DNA of 63,240 nucleotides, counting the filler, from Licmophora abbreviata (taxonomy: Eukaryota), in NCBI GenBank assembly GCA_900291995.1. It is 17 parts of 17 records of this genome, joined end to end, with 100 filler letters (N's around TTAATTAATTAA, not from the genome) between each part and the next. Parts side by side here need not be neighbours in the genome. Positions count along the whole stretch, not along the records: positions 1 to 5,614 come from OLMU01001090.1; positions 5,715 to 10,226 come from OLMU01001094.1; positions 10,327 to 12,635 come from OLMU01001095.1; 14 more parts are not named here. The stretch is one strand, 5' to 3'. A program made the translations under genes and the position numbers. The notes beneath the pieces were generated by a model. That model saw only the letters and a list, made by a program, of their open reading frames with translations. It did no database searches and was not told the DNA's origin. The number at the start of each line of letters is the position of its first letter. The stretch's first letter is position 1. Below are positions 1 through 10,346 of the stretch, one piece after another.

Positions 1-912
1 GTTGGTCACGCAGCAGGCGATCGCGGCATAGCCCGAGGCGACGCCCTTGGCCATGGTCACGAAATCGGGCTCGACGCCGTAATGCTGGTAGCCGAACCAC
101 GTGCCGGTACGCCCGATGCCGCAGACGACCTCGTCGATATGCAGCAGGATGTCGTATTTGCGGCAGATTTCCTGCACGCGGGGCCAGTAGCCGGGCGGGG
201 GCGTGATGACGCCGCCACCCGCGGTGACCGGCTCGAGGCAGAGCGCGCCGACGGTATCGGGGCCTTCGGCGAGGATCACCTCTTCGATGGCGTCGGCGGC
301 GCGGATGCCGTAATCCTCGCCCGAAAGATCCCATTGCGCGCGGTATTCAAGGCAATGCGGGACGCGCACGAAACCGGGGGCGAAGGGACCATACTGGGCG
401 TTGCGCTCGTCCTGACCGCCGCAGGACATCGTGCCCAGGGTGGAGCCGTGGTAATCGCGGTCGCGGTAGAGGATCTTGTATTTCTTGCCGCCATAGCGCT
501 TGTGGGCGATCTGGCGGACCATCTTGAAGGCTTTCTCGTTCGCCTCGGAGCCTGAATTGGTGTAGTAGACGCGGCTCATGCCGGGCATCTTCGAGATCAG
601 CTTTTCCGAGAACAGAGCGCCGGGGATCGAGCCTGCGGAGCCGGCGAAATAGTTCAGCTTGATCAGCTGGTCACGCACGGCATTGGCGATGCGCTCGCGG
701 CCATAGCCGACATTGACGGTCCAGACGCCGCCCGAGACGCCGTCGATATGTTCCTTGCCGTGCTGGTCCCAGACGCGCATGCCGCGGCCTTCGACGATGA
801 TGCGCGGCTCGCCGGTTTCGAAGGTCTTGTGCTGCATCAGGTGATGCCAGACATGGGCGCGGTCGGCCTCGACGATTTTGGCGATGTCGTTCGGCAATGT
901 TCCGTCCATCAT
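1..912 (-). CDS. tpa: Taurine--pyruvate aminotransferase (class III PLP aminotransferase); 3' end runs off the window
   Basis: Manual minus-strand translation: MMDGTLPNDIAKIVEADRAHVWHHLMQHK...SGGVWTVNVGYGR...NSGSEANE...HIDEVVCGIGRTGTWFGYQHYGVEPDFVTMAKG (PLP lysine). GGAGA RBS upstream; divergent from tauABC. Not in the ORF track. Confidence 0.88.
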   Translation of the reverse strand, partial: MMDGTLPNDIAKIVEADRAHVWHHLMQHKTFETGEPRIIVEGRGMRVWDQHGKEHIDGVSGGVWTVNVGYGRERIANAVRDQLIKLNYFAGSAGSIPGALFSEKLISKMPGMSRVYYTNSGSEANEKAFKMVRQIAHKRYGGKKYKILYRDRDYHGSTLGTMSCGGQDERNAQYGPFAPGFVRVPHCLEYRAQWDLSGEDYGIRAADAIEEVILAEGPDTVGALCLEPVTAGGGVITPPPGYWPRVQEICRKYDILLHIDEVVCGIGRTGTWFGYQHYGVEPDFVTMAKGVASGYAAIACCVTN

Positions 913-1315
913 GGGGTTCTCCATCGGGTTGGGTCCGGCGGATCGCAAAACGAACGATGCCGGGGCCAGTCGTGTTCATGGCCATCACTACAGCCCCGAA
1001 TCCCAAGCTACGGATAGGGCCAGATCGAGCCTTTGATTATTGCCAAAAACGGCGCATGATGAAAGTGCCTGAGACTCAATATGAGAATTTTCGCTGAATT
1101 TCCGTCCAACTTGGCAGGATGACAGTTTCCGAAAACCTGAAATAGCGCTTTTGGCTGCATAAAACCGTTGAACGGAATCCCATTATCGGGTCGGATCGGG
1201 ATGCACTGCGATATACTGGTCCGGCGTCTGTGACACGGATCATTGTCGCATGGCCGCCGTCAGGCGGCACGGCGGATAGAAAAGAAAAACGAAAACCAAC
1301 GGGAGATGACGAAAC

Positions 1316-2314
1316 ATGACACTCAAGACCAGACTGATGGCAGCGGTGGCCGGCACGGCGATGCTGGCTGGAGCGACAGCTGCGAGCGCCGAAGAGATCA
1401 CGGTGGGCTACTTCCTCGAATGGCCGATGCCGTTCCAGTATGCCAAGGTGATGGGCACCTATGACAAAGAGATGGGCATGACCGTCAACTGGCGCGCCTT
1501 CGACACCGGCACCGCGATGAGTGCCGCGATGGCTTCGGGCGATGTGCAGCTGTCGGTCAGCCAGGGTGTGCCGCCCTTCGTGGTGGCCACGAGCGCGGGT
1601 CAGGATCTTCAGATCGTCGACGTGGCCGTGTCCTATTCGGACAACGACAACTGCGTCGTGGCCGAGGCGCTCGAGATCGACAAGACCAATGCCGCCGAAC
1701 TGGCGGGCAAGAAGGTTGCCGTGCCGCTGGGCACCGCGGCGCATTACGGGTTCCTCAAGCAGATGAACCATTTCGGCGTCGATGTCGGATCGCTTGATGT
1801 GGTCAACATGGCGCCGCCCGAGGGGGCCGCCGCGATCGCGCAGGGTGCGGTCGACATGTTCTGCGGCTGGGGCGGAAGCCTGCGCCGTGCCAAGGAGCAC
1901 GGCAACGTGCTGCTGACCGGCGCCGAGAAGGAAGAGCTGGGCATTCTGGTGTTCGACGTGACCAGCGGACCGTCGGCCTTTGTCGCGGAAAATCCCGATG
2001 TCGTGGCGGCCTTCCTCAAGGTGACGGGCGATGCCAACGCGATGTGGGCGGACCCGGCCAACCGGGACGAGATGCTGCCCGTGATCGCCAAGGACAGCGG
2101 CATGGACCTTGAGGCCACGGCGGCCACCATCGACACCTTCGTGTTCCCGTCGGTCGACGAGCAGCTGACAGCCAAGTGGCTGGGCGGCGGCGCGCAGGAG
2201 TTCATGAAGGGCGTCGCGGACGTCTTCGTGGAAGCCGGCAGCATCGACGCGGCGCTGGAAACCTATGAAAGCAACGTGAACACAGGCCCGCTTCAGCAAG
2301 CGCAGGGCATGTAA
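1316..2314 (+). CDS. tauA: Taurine ABC transporter substrate-binding protein
   Basis: Signal peptide; VNWRAFDTG, KKVAVPLGTAAHY motifs of the TauA/SsuA family; next to tpa. Confidence 0.88.
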   Translation: MTLKTRLMAAVAGTAMLAGATAASAEEITVGYFLEWPMPFQYAKVMGTYDKEMGMTVNWRAFDTGTAMSAAMASGDVQLSVSQGVPPFVVATSAGQDLQIVDVAVSYSDNDNCVVAEALEIDKTNAAELAGKKVAVPLGTAAHYGFLKQMNHFGVDVGSLDVVNMAPPEGAAAIAQGAVDMFCGWGGSLRRAKEHGNVLLTGAEKEELGILVFDVTSGPSAFVAENPDVVAAFLKVTGDANAMWADPANRDEMLPVIAKDSGMDLEATAATIDTFVFPSVDEQLTAKWLGGGAQEFMKGVADVFVEAGSIDAALETYESNVNTGPLQQAQGM

Positions 2315-2330
2315 TCACGCAGGTTGCAAA

Positions 2331-2361
2331 GCGGGCCCGGACGGTTTTCGTCCGGGCCCGC
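2331..2361 (+). terminator. Intercistronic hairpin after tauA (mRNA stabiliser or partial terminator)
   Basis: Perfect 13-bp stem GCGGGCCCGGACG-gtttt-CGTCCGGGCCCGC followed by agtcttt. Confidence 0.7.
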
Positions 2362-2393
2362 AGTCTTTCACAATTTCAAAGAACGGGGGCGGG

Positions 2394-3203
2394 ATGTCGA
2401 CGCTATCCATCGAAAACATTTCGATGCGTTTCGATCTGCCGAACGGGGGCCATGTGCAGGCCCTCAAGGACGTGACGCTTCAATTGCAGAGCGGCGAATT
2501 GATGAGCGTTCTTGGCCCGTCGGGCTGTGGCAAGACCACGCTGCTCAACATTCTGGCCGGGTTTCTGGCGCCGACCGAGGGGCGCATCATGCTGGACGAT
2601 CATCAGGTCAAGGGGCCGGATGCCGAGCGCGGCATGGTCTTTCAGCAGGGCGCGCTGTTCGAGTGGATGAGCGTGCGCGACAACGTCAGTTTCGGGCCGC
2701 GCATGGCCGGTCGCGCGAAATCGGATTACATGGGCAATGTCGATCACCTGCTGGAAGTGGTGGGACTGAAGGATTTCAAGGACAAGGCGGTTTACGAGCT
2801 GTCGGGGGGCATGCAGCAGCGGGTCGCGCTGGCGCGCTGTCTGGCCAATGACCCGGATGTGATCCTGATGGACGAGCCGCTGGGCGCGCTGGACGCGCTT
2901 ACGCGGGAAAAGATGCAAGGGCTGGTCCTGAAGCTGTGGAAAGAGACCGGCAAGACGATCATCCTGATTACCCATTCGGTCGAAGAGGCGCTCTTGCTGG
3001 GCGAGCGGCTGTTGGTCATGGCGCCGCGTCCGGGCCGCATCCATCGCGAATACCGCCTGCCTTTCGCCGATGACGGGGTCGGTCGCGATCTGCGCGAGGT
3101 CAAGAAAAACCCCGAATTCGGCCAGAAGCGGGAAGAAATCCTGTCGATGATCTGGGACATGGAAGAAGAGATCATGGGCCGCACCGAGGAGACCGCCGGA
3201 TGA
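2394..3203 (+). CDS. tauB: Taurine ABC transporter ATP-binding protein
   Basis: Walker A GPSGCGKT, LSGGMQQR signature, ILMDEP Walker B. Confidence 0.9.
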   Translation: MSTLSIENISMRFDLPNGGHVQALKDVTLQLQSGELMSVLGPSGCGKTTLLNILAGFLAPTEGRIMLDDHQVKGPDAERGMVFQQGALFEWMSVRDNVSFGPRMAGRAKSDYMGNVDHLLEVVGLKDFKDKAVYELSGGMQQRVALARCLANDPDVILMDEPLGALDALTREKMQGLVLKLWKETGKTIILITHSVEEALLLGERLLVMAPRPGRIHREYRLPFADDGVGRDLREVKKNPEFGQKREEILSMIWDMEEEIMGRTEETAG

Positions 3204-4465
3204 TCCTGCTCATCATATATGTCGCGGTTTTCGCCCTGTCGTTCTTTGTGGTGCGCAAGGTGCTGCGCGGGGCGATGACGCGAAGCGATTTCACCTCGCT
3301 CAAGACGGTGACATTCGGAGACGAAAGCGCCGTGCGCCCGGATCGCTGGGCCAGTATCATTTCGGTGGTCACGATCTTCCTGTTGTGGGGGGCGTTTACG
3401 GGAAGCAAATGGGTTCCGATCCATGCGCCTGGCCCCTTTGTGGGCGAGACGCAGTTCACCTATACGCTCGAAGCGCCCGACGGCACGCGCGATGATGCGA
3501 CGGTCTATGCGCAGGTGTTCAAGGTCGGCGAAGAGGTCTCGGCGCCCGAGGTCGATCCGGGTGACGGCATTGCCAAGAACGATTCGATCGTTGTGGGGGC
3601 GTGGCGGTCGGAACTGTTGCTGATGGACCGCAACGACGAGGTGAGCCGCAGCGACGGCGCGCGCGTCGTGGCGATCGACGGACAGCCCGTCAGCGAAGGC
3701 GGGTCGGTGAAGGTGGCCGATGGCACGGTTGTCGTCACCTCGAAAGGCGCGTTGAATTTCAGCCCGGCCAAGGGGATGCAGATGGAGCCGATCTGGCTGC
3801 CCGCGCCCGAGGCGGTCGTGGCGCGCGTGGGTGAAATCGCAAGCGAGGGATATCAGAACTTTACCCTTTGGGAGCATCTTTACTGGTCGCTTGTGCGGGT
3901 GATCGTGGGCTTCTTCTTTGGCGCGCTGGTGGGCATTCCGCTGGGCTATGCGATGGGGCTGAGCGACTGGTTCCGGGGCTGGTTCGATCCGATCGTGGAA
4001 TTCATGCGCCCGGTGCCGCCGCTGGCCCTGATTCCGCTGGTCATCATCTGGGCGGGGATCGGCGAGACCGGCAAGATCATCCTGCTGTTCCTTGCGGCCT
4101 TGTGGATCATGACCATCGCGGCCCGCGCGGGCGTGTCGGGCGTGGCGATTTCCAAGGTGCACGCGGCCTATTCGCTGGGAGCGAGCAAGTGGCAATTGAT
4201 GCGGTATGTCATCATGCCCAACAGCCTGCCCGAGATCTTCACCGGCGCGCGCGTCGCGATGGGGGTCTGCTGGGGCACGGTTGTGGCCGCCGAACTGGTG
4301 GCTGCCGAAAAGGGGGCGGGCATGATGATCATGGTCGCCTCGCGGTTCCAGCTCACCGATATCGTGCTGATGGGGATCATCCTGATCGGGGTGATCGGCT
4401 ATGGCATCGACATCCTGATGCGCAAGGCCGAGAAATGGCTTGTGCCGTGGAAAGGCCGCGTCTGA
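3200..4465 (+). CDS. tauC: Taurine ABC transporter permease with a large periplasmic insertion
   Basis: ATGA overlap with tauB; C-terminal binding-protein-dependent permease domain (RPVPPLALIPL, AAYSLGASKWQ, AELVAA). Confidence 0.88.
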   Translation: MILLIIYVAVFALSFFVVRKVLRGAMTRSDFTSLKTVTFGDESAVRPDRWASIISVVTIFLLWGAFTGSKWVPIHAPGPFVGETQFTYTLEAPDGTRDDATVYAQVFKVGEEVSAPEVDPGDGIAKNDSIVVGAWRSELLLMDRNDEVSRSDGARVVAIDGQPVSEGGSVKVADGTVVVTSKGALNFSPAKGMQMEPIWLPAPEAVVARVGEIASEGYQNFTLWEHLYWSLVRVIVGFFFGALVGIPLGYAMGLSDWFRGWFDPIVEFMRPVPPLALIPLVIIWAGIGETGKIILLFLAALWIMTIAARAGVSGVAISKVHAAYSLGASKWQLMRYVIMPNSLPEIFTGARVAMGVCWGTVVAAELVAAEKGAGMMIMVASRFQLTDIVLMGIILIGVIGYGIDILMRKAEKWLVPWKGRV

Positions 4466-4592
4466 TGCGGGGTGCGCGTCAGGCGTGACCGCCTGTCTCG
4501 CCGGGTCGGGCCGGACCGGGTCGGGCCGGCGGGATGCGCCCCGGGCCTGAAAGCCTTTGCAGGCCACCGGGGGTGCGGGATAAGGATGCGGC

Positions 4593-5195
4593 ATGTCGCT
4601 TGAATTGCTCACAGCGCTTGTCGCCTTTGCCTTTGTCACGGTCATCACGCCGGGGCCGAACAACCTCATGCTGATGGCGTCTGGGGCCAATTTCGGGTTT
4701 CGCCGCTCGGTGCCGCATATGCTGGGCGTCGGTCTGGGCTTTCCGTCGATGGTGTTCCTTGTGGGCATCGGCGTCATGCAGCTGTTCGATCTGTGGCCGC
4801 CGAGTTACCTGATCCTCAAGGTGCTGAGCGTGGCGTATCTGCTGTATCTGGCGTGGAAGATCGCCAATGCCGCGCCGCCGAAAGAGGCCAGGTCCGAGGG
4901 GCGCCCGCTGACCTTCGTGCAATCGGCGGCGTTTCAATGGGTCAATCCCAAGGCGTGGTCCATGGCGCTGTCGGCGATCACGCTATATGCGACGAGCCGG
5001 GATCTGACGGCGGTTCTGTGGGTCGCGGGCAGCTATGTGGCGGTGTCGGCGGTCAGCACGACAAGCTGGACGGTGCTGGGCCAGCAAATGCGCCGCCTGC
5101 TGAACAGCCCGGCACGGCTGCGGCTGTTCAACCGGGTGATGGCGGGGCTTCTGGTGGCGACGCTGATTCCCGTGCTATGGCCCGGACAGGGGTGA
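4593..5195 (+). CDS. LysE/RhtB family amino acid exporter
   Basis: TPGPNN and FQWVNPKAW motifs; hydrophobic 200-aa protein. Confidence 0.9.
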   Translation: MSLELLTALVAFAFVTVITPGPNNLMLMASGANFGFRRSVPHMLGVGLGFPSMVFLVGIGVMQLFDLWPPSYLILKVLSVAYLLYLAWKIANAAPPKEARSEGRPLTFVQSAAFQWVNPKAWSMALSAITLYATSRDLTAVLWVAGSYVAVSAVSTTSWTVLGQQMRRLLNSPARLRLFNRVMAGLLVATLIPVLWPGQG

Positions 5196-5219
5196 TTTCG
5201 GATCAAGGGAGAAGGGGCC

Positions 5220-5614
5220 ATGACGCTGACGCTGCTGCACACGGCCGAGATCCACCAGCGGGCGTTCGATGCGCTGCGCGACAGGATCGCGCCGGGAGAG
5301 GCGCTGCGGCATGTGGTGCGCCCGGATTGGCTGGCGCGGTCGCAGGCTGGGGTGCCGGATGACGTGGCCGCAGAGATCGCGCAGGCCGTGGCGGGCGCGA
5401 CAGGCGCGGTGCTGTGCACCTGCACGACCATCGGACCGGCCGCCGAGGCGGCGGGGGCGCTGCGCGTGGACTGGCCGATGATGCAGCACGCGGCGCGGTC
5501 GGGGGGCGATGTTCTCATGGTCTACACGCTCGAGAGCACGCGGGAGCCAAGCCTTGCGCTGCTTCACCGCGCGCTGGACGAGGCGGGTCAGGGGGCGGGG
5601 CAGGGGGCCGATGT
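5220..5614 (+). CDS. Hypothetical protein, distantly Asp/Glu-racemase-like; cut by gap
   Basis: LLHTA, VLCTCTTIG, LRVDWPMM motifs; GGAGAAGG RBS. Confidence 0.55.
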
Positions 5615-5714
5615 NNNNNNNNNNNNNNNNNNNNNNNNNNNNNNNNNNNNNNNNNNNNTTAATTAATTAANNNNNNNNNNNNNNNNNNNNNNNNNNNNNN
5701 NNNNNNNNNNNNNN
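5615..5714. other. Artificial contig linker; the same linker occurs at 10227, 12636, 16320, 23522, 26397, 27726, 29753, 32186, 35983, 38694, 51456, 54316, 57365, 60596 and 62063
   Basis: N44-TTAATTAATTAA-N44 (stops in all six frames), each 100 nt. Confidence 0.98.
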
Positions 5715-5930
5715 ATCACGCGGGCAGTCATGCGCCTGCGCGGCAAAGGTGGTGCCTGGCATTCGAATGGCCCCGCAAATCTGCCGGGGCACACAACTTG
5801 TGTCCATAAAATGGACCACAACCACTAAATCGTGGAATTTTCTTGCCGCTTTTGGTTGACGAAACCTCGGGATCAGGTAGCCTGTTCCCGCTGCTTTGAT
5901 TTTATACGAGTGATAGTGGGGGTGTGTGAA

Positions 5931-6792
5931 ATGGCCCAAGTGCAGAGGCCTGCGGTGACCCGCAAGCCACTGACAGTCAACAAATCCGCCATAGTGCGAA
6001 AACGGGTTGTGGCCGGAAGCCTGCCGGGCGCGGATATCCCGTTTGTGGACCGCTCGGCTGTCATGGCGCATGAGGAGGGCGCGGCGTCTGACCCCTCACC
6101 GACCCCTTTCCCCAGCCGGTCGGAGGCGGTGGACGCGTCGGTTGCGCGCGCGGAAACGGACAGTCCGACACGCGCGGACACGTCCAAAGGTCGGGTCGGG
6201 CTGCGGCTTGGCCAGCGGTTTGCGCCCCTTCTGGCGCTTGCGCCCGAGCCGGACCAGCAACGCAGGCTGGCGCTGGGCGCGGCCACGGCGGTTCTGCTGG
6301 TTGTCAGCGGTGTATTGGCTCTGGCCGTGATCGGTGATCGCAACACGGCGCAAACGGCATCGGCCTCTGTGCCCGAGGCCTCCCCGGAGCGGATGCCACA
6401 GCAAAATCCGGTTGCCGCGACCGCGCAGACGCCCCCCGACGGAGGCGTTGGCCCGTGCTGCGCCCGAGACTGCGCCAAGCGCCGCCCCGGTCATGCCCGC
6501 CGAGAATGACGTCGTCGGCCAGTTCGCACAGACGGCCCTTGCCGCTTTGCGCAGTCCGGGCGCATCCACCGTGCAGCCCGCCGCCCCGGATGCCGCCGCC
6601 AGGATGGCCGAAAACAACCCGCTTTACCGCATGGTGGCAGAGGCGATCGCGCAGGGACAATCGGATGCGTATATCGACCGGCTGCTCAATCTGGCGCATC
6701 AGCGCGGCGAGATCACGGTGCCACCCGGTTTGATAAAGCCCGATGGCACGGTCGATACGAAAACCGTCATCGCGCTTTTCGCGGGCGGCTGA
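5931..6792 (+). CDS. Membrane-anchored hypothetical protein, apparently frameshifted near the C-run at 6432-6437
   Basis: ORF 5832..6509 gives MAQVQ... with one TM helix. Overlapping ORF 6334..6792 gives a globular C-terminus (LYRMVAEAIAQGQSDAYIDRLLN...VPPGLIKPDGTVDT). Confidence 0.55.
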
Positions 6793-6881
6793 GGGTGCTG
6801 GTCTTTGGCCCCGTGCTGTCTGCCCGCCCGTTCACCTTTCCCCCCAAGGCGCTGCCGTTGCGCGAATAGTCGAGTAAGCCC

Positions 6882-7961
6882 ATGAAATATGTTCTGTCTC
6901 TTTTCCTTTTTGCTTTCATCCTATCGGCCGGGGGGCGTGCCGATGCGCAAACCTGTGGCGGCACATATACCGTGCAGCCCGGTGACAGCCTGTCGGTGAT
7001 CGCCGACCGTCTCTATAAGAATGCGGGGATGTGGAGTGTGATCCATCGCGACAATATCGCCGCTATCGGCCAAAGCCCGAATGCGATTGCCGTGGGCATG
7101 CGGTTGAACCTGACCTGTATCGACGGGTTGCCCGTCGGGCTCGAGGGCGGACGAGAGGTGGCGGCGGTGGATACCAGCGTGGTCACCCCGGTGACGGTCC
7201 AGCCGGGCACGGCGGCGGTCAGAAACCGGATCAACCTGCTGACGGGGGGCGATTACGCTCCCTTCACCGACAAGGACTGGCACAATGGGGGGCTGATTAC
7301 CGATATCGTGGATCAAGCCCTGCGCAAGGCCAATCCCAGTCAGGGCTTTGCGATCCATTGGGTGAATGACTGGGGGTCGCATTTTGATCCGCTTTTGTCG
7401 AACGCCCTTCTGGATATGGGCTTTCCGTGGTATCTGCCGGATTGCAACCTGACGCCCGATATCATGCGCTGCCGCGATTTCCTTGCATCCGAGTCGATGT
7501 TCGAGACGCTGATGCTGGTCTTTGCCAACAAGGCCAATCCGATCCGCTTCGACTCGGACGAGGATATCATCGGCAAGACGATCTGTCGGCCTGTCGGTTT
7601 CCTGACCTTCGATCTGGACGGCGAGGGACGGCGCTGGATTCTGGATGACAAGGTCAAGCTGGTGACGCCCCAGACCGTTGCGGACTGTTTCCGCATGGTG
7701 GCCGAGGGCGAGGCGGATTTCCTGTCGCTGTCCGAATTCATCGGGCGCGCGGCGATGAAGGATCTGGGTTACGAGGACCGGATCACCGTTTTGCCGCGTC
7801 CGCTGTCGATTGTCGGGATCCACGTCTTTGTCCACAAGACCCATCCGCAGGCCGAAGAGCTGCTTGACCTGATCAACACCGGACTGCGCGGCATCCGCGA
7901 GGACGGGCTTTATCAGACGATCGTGGAGGACCATATGACGCGCATCTGGGCGAACCTTTGA
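6882..7961 (+). CDS. LysM + family-3 solute-binding domain protein
   Basis: Signal peptide; LysM YTVQPGDSLSVIADRLY; SBP_bac_3-like DYAPFTD...GGLITDIV, INTGLRGIREDGLY. Confidence 0.85.
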   Translation: MKYVLSLFLFAFILSAGGRADAQTCGGTYTVQPGDSLSVIADRLYKNAGMWSVIHRDNIAAIGQSPNAIAVGMRLNLTCIDGLPVGLEGGREVAAVDTSVVTPVTVQPGTAAVRNRINLLTGGDYAPFTDKDWHNGGLITDIVDQALRKANPSQGFAIHWVNDWGSHFDPLLSNALLDMGFPWYLPDCNLTPDIMRCRDFLASESMFETLMLVFANKANPIRFDSDEDIIGKTICRPVGFLTFDLDGEGRRWILDDKVKLVTPQTVADCFRMVAEGEADFLSLSEFIGRAAMKDLGYEDRITVLPRPLSIVGIHVFVHKTHPQAEELLDLINTGLRGIREDGLYQTIVEDHMTRIWANL

Positions 7962-9034
7962 CAGCGCGCGTCGTCATCGTGAAAGGAGCGGGCATGATCC
8001 AAGCGATACCGATCCACTGGCCAAGGCGGCTGCTGGCCCCCCTTGTGGCGCTGTGCCTGAGCGCGCAGATGGCCGCCGCCCTGTGCGATGTCGAGTACAA
8101 GGCGCAGCCCGGCGATACGCTCTTCAGCATTGCCGAGTTTCACTATGGCGACCGGTCGCATTGGGCCACGCTTTACGAGGCCAATACCGCGCAGCTTGCC
8201 GGGGCGACGGTGATCCCCGGCAGGACGCTCTATGTCCCCTGTCTTGAGGCCACCCCTGCCGCTCAGCCCGCCGAACAGGCGCCGTTGCAACGCCAGAACG
8301 CCGATATCAACCTGTTGGCCATCGGTGATCTTGCGCCTTTCGTGGGGCGCAACCTGCCGCAGATGGGGCTGTTCCCGGAATTGGTGACGACCGCGCTGGA
8401 CCAGTCCCCGTCGCCGGTCAGTCATGCGGTGTCGATCAGCACGGACCGCGCGGAGCAGATCGACCTGCTGGCCAAAGTGACCTTCGATATGGGGTTTCCC
8501 CATGCAAGGCCCGATTGCGAGGCCATGCCCGAGAACCGGCTGTGCCGGGGGTTTCACTTTTCCGATCCGCTGATGGATGTGCCGATGATGCTGTTCGTGC
8601 GCGCGGACCGTCAGTTTGCCTTTGAGACCGATGCCGATCTGCATGGCAAGTCGCTCTGCCGGCCCGAGGGGGTGTTCACCCATGACCTTGAAGATGGGGA
8701 CCGCCGCTGGATCGCCGACGGCAAGATCACCTTTGTGACCGCGCCCGATGTCACGGGCTGTTTCGACAAGGTGCTGGCGGGTGAGGTCGATGCGGTGTCC
8801 GTCGATCTGTTTGTCGGCGGCAGCGCGCTGCTGGAAAACGGGTGGCGCGAACAGATCGTGCCGCTGGAACGGCCCGTGTCGCTGGTCGGGTTGCATGTCA
8901 TCATCTCGAAAAGCCACTGGCGCGGGACGACGCATCTTTACCGGCTGAACGCGGGGATCGCGCGCCTCAAGCAGGAGGGCCGCTACGAAGAGATCGTCTC
9001 GCGGCATCTGGCGTTGCTGACATCGCAGTTCTGA
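7958..9034 (+). CDS. LysM + family-3 solute-binding domain protein (paralog; start may be 7994)
   Basis: YKAQPGDTLFSIAEFHYG LysM; same SBP motifs (DMGFP, GKSLCRPEG, LNAGIARLKQEGRY). Confidence 0.85.
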   Translation: MTARVVIVKGAGMIQAIPIHWPRRLLAPLVALCLSAQMAAALCDVEYKAQPGDTLFSIAEFHYGDRSHWATLYEANTAQLAGATVIPGRTLYVPCLEATPAAQPAEQAPLQRQNADINLLAIGDLAPFVGRNLPQMGLFPELVTTALDQSPSPVSHAVSISTDRAEQIDLLAKVTFDMGFPHARPDCEAMPENRLCRGFHFSDPLMDVPMMLFVRADRQFAFETDADLHGKSLCRPEGVFTHDLEDGDRRWIADGKITFVTAPDVTGCFDKVLAGEVDAVSVDLFVGGSALLENGWREQIVPLERPVSLVGLHVIISKSHWRGTTHLYRLNAGIARLKQEGRYEEIVSRHLALLTSQF

Positions 9035-9076
9035 GGGCATCGCCTCTGAGATGGGGCTTGCGCGGTCGGGCCGGTC

Positions 9077-9895
9077 TCAGGTCGTTTTCCACGTCGGGTG
9101 GAACAGACCGCCGGGAGACAGGGTGAAGATCTCGCAGCCATCCGCCGTCACGCCGACCGAATGCTCGAACTGTGCCGAGAGCGATTTGTCACGTGTCACC
9201 GCTGTCCAGTCATCGGCCAGAACCTTGGTTTCCGGACGGCCCAGATTGACCATCGGCTCGATGGTGAAAAACATGCCTTCCTCGAGCATCGGGCCGGTGC
9301 CGGGACGCCCGTAATGCAGCACGTTGGGCGGCGCATGGAACACGCGACCCAGACCGTGACCGCAGAAATCCCGCACCACCGACATCCGATGGCCTTCGAC
9401 GAAACTCTGGATCGCATAGCCGATATCGCCGAAGGTGTTGCCGGGCTTGACCGCCTCGATACCGATCATGAGCGAATCGTGGGTGATATGGAGCAGCCGC
9501 TCGGCCTTGCGCGACAGGGTGCCCGCCACGAACATCCGGCTGGTATCGCCGTACCAGCCATCGACGATCACGGTGACGTCGATATTCAGGATGTCCCCGT
9601 CCTTGAGCTTCTTGTCGCCGGGAATGCCGTGGCAGACCACATGATTGACGCTGATGCAGCTGGCGTGCTGATACCCCTTGTAACCGATCGTCGCCGAGGT
9701 CGCGCCCGCGTCGGTCACCTTCTGTTCGATCATTTTGTCGATCTCGCCCGTGGTCTGGCCGGGATAGACGTGATCCGCCACCTCGTCGAGAATGCGCGCG
9801 GCCAGCGCGCCCGCCTTGTGCATCCCCGCGAAATCCGCCGCTTCATGCAGGCGTATTCCATCGCGGGTCAGCCTTCCGTTATGCTTGTCCTTCAC
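9077..9895 (-). CDS. map: Type I methionine aminopeptidase
   Basis: CISVNHVVCHGIP, DVT...GDTSR, GHGLG..FH, TIEPM, SAQFEH metal ligands; GTG start at 9895 inferred. Confidence 0.95.
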   Translation of the reverse strand: MKDKHNGRLTRDGIRLHEAADFAGMHKAGALAARILDEVADHVYPGQTTGEIDKMIEQKVTDAGATSATIGYKGYQHASCISVNHVVCHGIPGDKKLKDGDILNIDVTVIVDGWYGDTSRMFVAGTLSRKAERLLHITHDSLMIGIEAVKPGNTFGDIGYAIQSFVEGHRMSVVRDFCGHGLGRVFHAPPNVLHYGRPGTGPMLEEGMFFTIEPMVNLGRPETKVLADDWTAVTRDKSLSAQFEHSVGVTADGCEIFTLSPGGLFHPTWKTT

Positions 9896-10346
9896 GACGC
9901 TCTTCCAGAAATTCACCATAATGACGGATATGTATGGTTTTTTTATCCAAAGGGCCAGAGGGGGGCGACAAACAGTGATGTAGGCCGGCATGTCAGGCCC
10001 CGGCGGTGCGGCGCCCTTCTTTCATGACTGCCACAGGAGCGCGCCAAGGTGCACACGGCTTGCAAAAGCGCGCCCGTTTTATCGAAGGATAATCCACGGA
10101 AACTTCTTACAGCAGGACGGCCCGATCAGTACTTGCTACCTAGGGTGGCAGAGTGACTGACCCCTGGCACTTCGATTGTACGGATCCGGACAACTCCTGC
10201 ACTGGGAGTGTTCGGAACACAGGCAANNNNNNNNNNNNNNNNNNNNNNNNNNNNNNNNNNNNNNNNNNNNTTAATTAATTAANNNNNNNNNNNNNNNNNN
10301 NNNNNNNNNNNNNNNNNNNNNNNNNNACCCGAACCGAGGTAAGATC

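Noticed and set aside
913..1315. TauR (MocR-type) binding sites in the tpa-tauA intergenic region
   Set aside because: Only scattered CTGGNC-like words; no clear direct repeat
4501..4529. CCGGGTCGGGCCGG occurring twice
   Set aside because: Only two short GC-rich copies; no evidence of function
2792..4777. Long antisense ORFs (also 13343-14656, 14817-16367, 17151-19022, 40948-42579)
   Set aside because: Shadow ORFs of GC-rich genes with no family motifs
10153..10226. Hairpin or ORF start before the gap
   Set aside because: Truncated; cannot distinguish an ncRNA from a CDS start
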